A stretch of 64,000 nt of DNA from Candidatus Krumholzibacteriia bacterium. GTDB lineage: Bacteria; Krumholzibacteriota; Krumholzibacteriia; LZORAL124-64-63. Below, in pieces: positions 58,577-64,000 of the stretch (positions are counted from its first letter, which is position 1; each line of letters begins with the position of its first letter). The position numbers and the translations under genes were made by a program. The stretch covers positions 1-64,000 of the forward strand of contig JBFXKG010000002.1 in the NCBI GenBank assembly GCA_050174015.1, given 5' to 3'. A model generated the notes under the pieces. It was not told the origin of the DNA. It saw only the letters and a program-made list of their open reading frames with translations, and made no database searches.

Positions 58577-59058
58577 TCGTCGAGGGAATCCCGGAGACGC
58601 TCCAGGTCGTCCTTGACGCCCTGGAGCGTGTAAGGATCGTCGGGGTGGGGTTCGGCGCCACCTGACTCGAAGTGGGGGCGTTCCCCGTAGTCGCGGCCCC
58701 AGCGGACATCGCATTCGCGGACGAGGTCCGCGAGTGCGACGTCCGATCCGAGGATCCGACCAAGGAATTGCCGCAGCAGACCTTCGGCATCGCCGAAGTG
58801 GTTTGCGACGAGTGGCTTGTCGGCGTCCAGACGACTGAGCAGGGTGCGCTGCAGCGACCCCTCCGGGTCGCGGAGTTCCGCTTCGACCAGTTCGCGGGCC
58901 GCGAACAACGTCTGGTCGTGAGCGGCCACGGGCGAGGCCCCCTTGAGGGCGTTGCCCGCTTCGCGGGCCACGGCTTCGCCCAGGTCGAACTTGCGCCCCT
59001 TGCGCAGCTCGTTCTCGTCGGGCAGACTGGGGTCCGGTTTTTTCCTGTCGTCATCCAT
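58573..59058 (-). CDS. Hypothetical protein
   Basis: Fills the gap between neighbouring genes; LKGASPV, D..WG..Y.ERPHF...PHPDDPYT look like conserved motifs; GAGG RBS. Confidence 0.6.
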   Translation of the reverse strand: MDDDRKKPDPSLPDENELRKGRKFDLGEAVAREAGNALKGASPVAAHDQTLFAARELVEAELRDPEGSLQRTLLSRLDADKPLVANHFGDAEGLLRQFLGRILGSDVALADLVRECDVRWGRDYGERPHFESGGAEPHPDDPYTLQGVKDDLERLRDSLDD

Positions 59059-59088
59059 GCCTCGATTCTAGCAGAAGGTGAGGTGCGG

Positions 59089-59838
59089 TTGAACCCGCAT
59101 GATCCATCCGAAGGCCCGACCCATCTGGCGGGCGGCAAGCCCGCCGATGAGGGCCAGTTCCTGCTGGGCCGGCGCCTGCGGGTGGTGGCGCCCTTGATGC
59201 CCGCCACCGGCGGGCATCTCGTCGATTTCGGCTGCGGCAACGGGGCGCAGACGGCGCTGCTGGTGCCGAGGTTCGAGAGGGTGACGGGCGTGGATGTGGA
59301 GCCGGGGTTCCTCGATGAATTTCGGCGAAGAATCGCTGCCGAGGGGTGGGGGGACCGGGTGGAGGCGTCCGCTCTGACGAGCGGACGCATACCCTTGCCC
59401 GACGGATGCGCGGACGTGGTGACCTCGTTCACCGTCCTGGAACACGTCCCGGACGAGCGAGCCGCCCTGGCGGAGATGCGGCGGGTGCTGCGGCAGGGCG
59501 GTCGCCTGATCATCACCGTGCCCAACCGGTGGTGGATCTTCGAAACCCACGGGGCCGATCTGCCGTGGTTGCCCTGGAACCGGGTGCCCCTGGTGAGCTG
59601 GTGGCCCAAGCGCCTGCACGACCGCTGGGCCCGGGCGCGGATCTACCGCAGGCGGGAGATCACGGCCCTGATCGAGTCTGCCGGGTTCACGGTGACCGAC
59701 ACCCGGCGCCTGACGGCGCCAATGGACATGATACCCTGGCCGTCCGTACAGCGGACGGCCCGCCGTGCAATTTTCCGCGGCGACTGTACACCCTGTCCCT
59801 TCCTGGCTACCGAGATCATGGTGGCCGCCGAGAGGTGA
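59089..59838 (+). CDS. Class I SAM-dependent methyltransferase
   Basis: VDFGCGNG, GVDV, D.VTSFTVLEHV, RVL..GG.L.ITVPN; start approximate (59083/59089). Confidence 0.85.
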   Translation: MNPHDPSEGPTHLAGGKPADEGQFLLGRRLRVVAPLMPATGGHLVDFGCGNGAQTALLVPRFERVTGVDVEPGFLDEFRRRIAAEGWGDRVEASALTSGRIPLPDGCADVVTSFTVLEHVPDERAALAEMRRVLRQGGRLIITVPNRWWIFETHGADLPWLPWNRVPLVSWWPKRLHDRWARARIYRRREITALIESAGFTVTDTRRLTAPMDMIPWPSVQRTARRAIFRGDCTPCPFLATEIMVAAER

Positions 59839-59842
59839 ACGC

Positions 59843-61960
59843 ATGAACAGGTTCTTCAAGGTATCCCTGGCCGTCCTTCTGATCCTGGGCGTTTTGGCCG
59901 GCTGCAGCAAGAAGGCGCCCGAGGCGCCCGTCGCGGCTGTCCGGCCGCATCAGCTTCCCGCCCACGGCGACGTTCGCGTGGACGACTACTACTGGCTGAA
60001 TCAAAGGGACGACCCCGAGGTGATCGCCTATCTCGAAGCCGAGAACGAGTACCTCGATGCCATGCTGGATCACACCGAGGGCCTTCAGGACAAGCTCTTC
60101 CAGGAGATGAAGGGGCGGATCAAGAAGGACGATTCCTCGGTGCCCTATCTCAAGGACGGGTACTTCTATTACACCAGGTTCGTGGAGGGCGGGGAGTATG
60201 CTCTCCATTGCCGCCGGCCCGGCAGCATGGACGCTCCGGAACAGGTGATGCTCGATGGCAATGGAATGGCCGAAGGCCATTCCTATTTTTCCTTGCGTGG
60301 AGTCGAGGTGAGCCCCGACACGAAGCTCCTGGTCTATGCCGTCGACACCGTCGGCCGCCGGTTCTATGACCTGCACGTGAAGAACCTCGAGACGGGCGCC
60401 GAACTGTCCGACGTGATCCCGCAGGTCACGGGTAACGCGGCCTGGGCTCTGGACAACCGCACGATCTTCTATGCGAAGCAGGACCCGATCACCCTGCGCT
60501 CCTACCAGATCTGGCGCCACGAGCTGGGGAGGCCGGTGGACTCCGACGTGCTGGTCTACCAGGAGGACGACGACACGTTCACCTGCCGCATCGGTCGCTC
60601 GAAGAGCGATCGGTTCCTCTTGATCTCCTGCGACCAGACCCTCAGCACCGAGTACCGGATCCTCGAAGCTGACGATCCCACCGGCGCCTTCCGCATCTTC
60701 CAGCCCCGCATGCGCGATCTGGAATACCACGTCGATCACCAGGGCGACCGGTTCGTGATCCGCACCAACCTGGACGCCCCCAACTTCCGGCTGATGGAAT
60801 GCCCGCTCGACCGCACCGACCTGGTGACCTGGCACGAGGTGATCCCGCACCGTCCCGACGTCCTGCTGGAAAACGTGGAGGTCTTCGACCGCTGGCTGGT
60901 GACCGAGGAACGGTTCGACGGCTTGACACACGTCGTCCTGCGGCCCATGGACGGCGGGGCGTCCCACCTGCTCGAGTTCGCCGACCCCACCTGGTCGTGC
61001 TGGATCGCGAACAACCCCACAATGGATACCGACAAGCTGCGGTACGGCTACACGTCACTGACCACGCCCTGGAGCACCTACGAGTACGACATGGCGACTC
61101 GCGCTCGGACCCTGCTGAAGCAGGAGGAGGTCCTGGGAGGATTCAACTCCACAGATTACGTCGCGGAATATCTGCACGTTCCCGCCCGCGACGGCGTCCT
61201 CGTGCCCGTTTCGCTCGTGCACCGCAAGGGCATGATGAAGGATGGCTCGCATCCCCTCCTGCTGTACGCCTACGGATCGTACGGCTACAGCCAGGACGCC
61301 GGATTCAACTCCTCCGTGCTGAGCCTCCTGGACCGGGGTTTCGTCTACGCCATCGCCCACATCCGCGGGGGGCAGGAGATGGGCCGCCAGTGGTACGAGG
61401 ACGGCAAGCTGCTGAAGAAGATGAACACCTTCAACGATTTCATCGACTGCGGGCGGTTCCTCGTCGACCGCGGCTACACCGCGCCCGACAAGATGTTCGC
61501 CATGGGCGGCTCCGCAGGAGGCCTGTTGATGGGCGCGGTCGTGAACATGGCGCCCGAACTGTGGAAAGGGGTCGTCGCCCACGTGCCCTTCGTCGACGTG
61601 GTCACCACCATGCTTGACGACTCGATCCCCTTGACCACCGGCGAGTACGACGAGTGGGGCAATCCCCACGACAAGACCTCCTACGACTACATGCTCAGCT
61701 ACTCGCCCTACGACCAGGTGAAGGCGCAGGACTATCCTGCGATGCTGGTCACCACCGGCCTGCACGACAGCCAGGTGCAGTACTTCGAACCGGCCAAGTG
61801 GGTGGCGAAGCTGCGGGTGAAGAAGACCGACCTGAATCCGCTGCTGCTGAAGATCAACATGGATGCGGGCCACGGCGGCAAGTCGGGCCGTTTCCGGCGG
61901 CTGGAGGAGACGGCGCTGAGCTACGCCTTCATGCTGGACATGCTCGGAATCACGAAGTGA
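59843..61960 (+). CDS. ptrB: Oligopeptidase B (S9A), lipoprotein
   Basis: LAGC lipobox; D.YYWL, YGSYG, HIRGG.E.GR.WY, GGSAGG, VPFVDV, DSQVQYFEPAKW, GHGGKSGRF. Confidence 0.9.
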   Translation: MNRFFKVSLAVLLILGVLAGCSKKAPEAPVAAVRPHQLPAHGDVRVDDYYWLNQRDDPEVIAYLEAENEYLDAMLDHTEGLQDKLFQEMKGRIKKDDSSVPYLKDGYFYYTRFVEGGEYALHCRRPGSMDAPEQVMLDGNGMAEGHSYFSLRGVEVSPDTKLLVYAVDTVGRRFYDLHVKNLETGAELSDVIPQVTGNAAWALDNRTIFYAKQDPITLRSYQIWRHELGRPVDSDVLVYQEDDDTFTCRIGRSKSDRFLLISCDQTLSTEYRILEADDPTGAFRIFQPRMRDLEYHVDHQGDRFVIRTNLDAPNFRLMECPLDRTDLVTWHEVIPHRPDVLLENVEVFDRWLVTEERFDGLTHVVLRPMDGGASHLLEFADPTWSCWIANNPTMDTDKLRYGYTSLTTPWSTYEYDMATRARTLLKQEEVLGGFNSTDYVAEYLHVPARDGVLVPVSLVHRKGMMKDGSHPLLLYAYGSYGYSQDAGFNSSVLSLLDRGFVYAIAHIRGGQEMGRQWYEDGKLLKKMNTFNDFIDCGRFLVDRGYTAPDKMFAMGGSAGGLLMGAVVNMAPELWKGVVAHVPFVDVVTTMLDDSIPLTTGEYDEWGNPHDKTSYDYMLSYSPYDQVKAQDYPAMLVTTGLHDSQVQYFEPAKWVAKLRVKKTDLNPLLLKINMDAGHGGKSGRFRRLEETALSYAFMLDMLGITK

Positions 61961-61975
61961 TTCCCAGCCTCCCTG

Positions 61976-62014
61976 GAATAGCAGCGACCCCGCGCCGCGG
62001 GGTCGCTGCTATTC
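61976..62014. terminator. Perfect 18-bp hairpin between convergent genes
   Basis: GAATAGCAGCGACCCCGC-gcc-GCGGGGTCGCTGCTATTC. Confidence 0.65.
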
Positions 62015-62015
62015 A

Positions 62016-63221
62016 TCAGATGGTGGCCATTTCGGTTTCCAGCGGGAGAGTCAGGGTGAACTCGGCCCCACTGTCACGGTTGGCGACCGTCAGCGTTCCG
62101 CGGTGCTCCTCGATGATCTTGCGGCAGATGGACAGGCCCAGACCCGTGCCCACCCCTTCGGGCTTGGTGGTGAAGAATGGCTCCCAGATGGATTCGAGGG
62201 TTTCGTCGGGGATGCCCGGGCCGGAGTCGCGGACGCGGACGATCAGCTCCTCGCCTTCGATGGCGGTGCTGATGGCCAGCGTACCCTTGCCGTCCATGGC
62301 CTGGGCCGCGTTGGTGAACAGGTTCACGAACACCTGGGTCATGCGCTGGGGCTGGAGCGGCATTGACGGTTCGCCCGCCGTGAAATCCTTCTCCACCTCG
62401 ATGCCGTACTTCAACAGGTTGCGGCAAAGGAGCAGCGCCCCGTCGATGCAGCCCTCGACGGTCGCCGCCGAGGTCTCGCTGGTGTTCTTGCGGGCGAAAT
62501 TCTTCAAACCCTCGATGATCTCCAGGATGCGCTCGGTTCCCGACTGGATGTCCGCGAGCATGGAGGGGACCTCCTCGAGGATGTAGGTGATCTCCTCCCC
62601 GTCCCCGATCCCCTGTTCCAGGCAGTTCCCCAGGCAACTCTCGACCTCCGGCCAGAGATCCTTCAAGGCCTGGGCGTTGCCGGACATGAAGGCCAGGGGA
62701 TTCTTGATCTCGTGGGCCACCCCGGCCGACATGGTGCCGATGGTAGCCAGCCGGTCCTGGTGCAACAGCTGTCGCGCGCGGGCCTCGGCCAGCCGCTCCA
62801 TCTCCAGGGCGTATCGGTCCAGGGCGAGGCGGGCCCGTTTCTTCTCGATGGCGTAGCGCAGGGTGCGGCTGAGCAGCGATCCTTGCCGGACCTCCCGCTT
62901 GACCAGGAAGTCGTCGGCGCCCATGTGCATGGCCGCCATGGCCAGGTTGTCGTCCTCGCACCCGGTGAACACCACGATGGGGACGTCGGGGTCCATGGCC
63001 CGGACCCGGCTGACGGTTTCCACGCCCGTGCATTCGGGCAGGGTGAGGTCCAGGATGATGACGTCGACGGGGTGCTCGACGAGGATGGTCGCCGCGTCCC
63101 CCAGGTTGTCGCAGGCGAGGACCTCGAAGCGGTGACCGGGATCGTCCCGGAGCATCTGCTGCACCATCTTCTGGACGGTGATGCTGTCCTCGACGACCAG
63201 GACCAGGATCTGCTTTTCCAC
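62016..63221 (-). CDS. Hybrid receiver-histidine kinase (REC + HisKA + HATPase)
   Basis: VVEDS, ILDLTLP, GADDFLVK; AHEIKNP, QVFVNL..NA, DSGPGI, FFTTK..G.GTGLGL. Confidence 0.92.
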   Translation of the reverse strand: MEKQILVLVVEDSITVQKMVQQMLRDDPGHRFEVLACDNLGDAATILVEHPVDVIILDLTLPECTGVETVSRVRAMDPDVPIVVFTGCEDDNLAMAAMHMGADDFLVKREVRQGSLLSRTLRYAIEKKRARLALDRYALEMERLAEARARQLLHQDRLATIGTMSAGVAHEIKNPLAFMSGNAQALKDLWPEVESCLGNCLEQGIGDGEEITYILEEVPSMLADIQSGTERILEIIEGLKNFARKNTSETSAATVEGCIDGALLLCRNLLKYGIEVEKDFTAGEPSMPLQPQRMTQVFVNLFTNAAQAMDGKGTLAISTAIEGEELIVRVRDSGPGIPDETLESIWEPFFTTKPEGVGTGLGLSICRKIIEEHRGTLTVANRDSGAEFTLTLPLETEMATI

Positions 63222-63433
63222 GCGGTATCCCCCTGCGGCATGCGGGCTTGAGCGGGCGCCCCGGTTGGGATCGCCATTCTCCCAGGATATCGGCAGGGAT
63301 TTCCTGTGGTTGAAGGATTGATGATGTGGGGCATGCGGTTATCTCAACGCTGGTCAAAGCGATATTATATGCACATATGGGAATGTGGTTATGTTTCTTG
63401 AAGGTGGTCTAGATCGGCGTCGTGAGGGATCAT

Positions 63434-63811
63434 TTACCTGTCCGAGGGACCACCATCCGGATTTCCACAGGATGGAGGGGTGCTGGGCTTCCCTTTCACT
63501 ATATCACTGGTTTCGCGCGCCCACACCCACGTGAGCTCGTCGGCCATGACGCGGGCGAAGCGGTCGCCGCGAGCGAGGACGGCGTCCCATTCGTCGGGCG
63601 TGTAAACGATGACGTCGGCAGGCACGGGCAGGCCGGTGGCGTCCCACTGCCGCGCGCGCTCGATGAAGGGTCGGTCGGCGTGGCTCACGATGAGCACGAG
63701 ATCCAGGTCGCTGCCCACGCCCCAGTTTCCCCTGGCGTAGGACCCGAAGTAGCCCACGCGGAGCAGGTCGGGCCATCTCAGCACGGACGAAGTCAAGGAT
63801 CGCACCGGCAT
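63434..63811 (-). CDS. Minimal nucleotidyltransferase (MNT), possibly internally deleted
   Basis: FGSYARGNWGVGSDLDL (GS-x10-DxD), PVPADVIVYTPDEW. Confidence 0.7.
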   Translation of the reverse strand: MPVRSLTSSVLRWPDLLRVGYFGSYARGNWGVGSDLDLVLIVSHADRPFIERARQWDATGLPVPADVIVYTPDEWDAVLARGDRFARVMADELTWVWARETSDIVKGKPSTPPSCGNPDGGPSDR

Positions 63812-63944
63812 GGGTCAACGCCTCGCTGCTCTGGAGGTTGCCGAAGTGTTCGAACGGGGCCCCTTCGGGGTGGCCGGTGGAATAGCGGCTGGGGACGTAG
63901 AAGTTGTCCAGGGCCATGCCGCGGTCGATGAGGCCCTCGGGCAC
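63771..63944 (-). pseudogene. HEPN-domain fragment (partner of the MNT)
   Basis: LDNFYVPSRYSTGHPEGAPFEHF...AILDFVRAEMA with Rx4H; upstream in-frame residues do not look HEPN-like; no stop after EMA (frame open to 63504). Confidence 0.55.
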
Positions 63945-64000
63945 TGCACATGCTGCAGGGTTCGGACCGGTGAAGCGGGACAATTTCGACTTGGCAATTG

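Noticed and set aside
61976..62014. Perfect 18-bp hairpin as a MITE or REP element
   Set aside because: Single copy seen, located between convergent stop codons; a terminator explains it
63222..63433. AT-rich intergenic region as an ncRNA
   Set aside because: No stable fold or known motif recognised; most likely the histidine kinase promoter region

Overview
High-GC bacterial chromosomal window with about 60 protein-coding genes. I saw no rRNA, tRNA, CRISPR array, integrase or transposase. Four secreted proteins carry a C-terminal FlgD-Ig/'PNPFN' sorting-like domain, which suggests an FCB-superphylum lineage such as Krumholzibacteriota, Latescibacterota or Eisenbacteria (inference). Most genes are housekeeping or proteolytic: five exported peptidases, citrate synthase, cysK/cysE, fabH, rex, putP, dus and an RluA-family gene. 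Highlights: (1) a biosynthetic operon I do not recognise as described, desaturase-desaturase-ACP-fatty acyl-AMP ligase-GNAT-sulfotransferase (46.7-52.8 kb), resembling alkyne/polyyne cores and preceded by an AT-rich region bounded by 21-bp inverted repeats; (2) a translationally coupled archaeal-type gatE-gatD Glu-tRNA(Gln) amidotransferase pair in a bacterium; (3) an archaeal-type HMG-CoA synthase/thiolase/DUF35 operon; (4) a CxxU Rdx/SelW-family selenoprotein missing from the ORF track, with a SECIS-like hairpin; (5) a cobalamin riboswitch ahead of a TonB receptor, a FlgD-tagged beta-propeller and PduO; (6) a YgfK-like protein lacking its central FAD/NAD domain; (7) a decayed HEPN-MNT module at the right edge. 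All calls come from motif recognition by eye, and no database searches were run.
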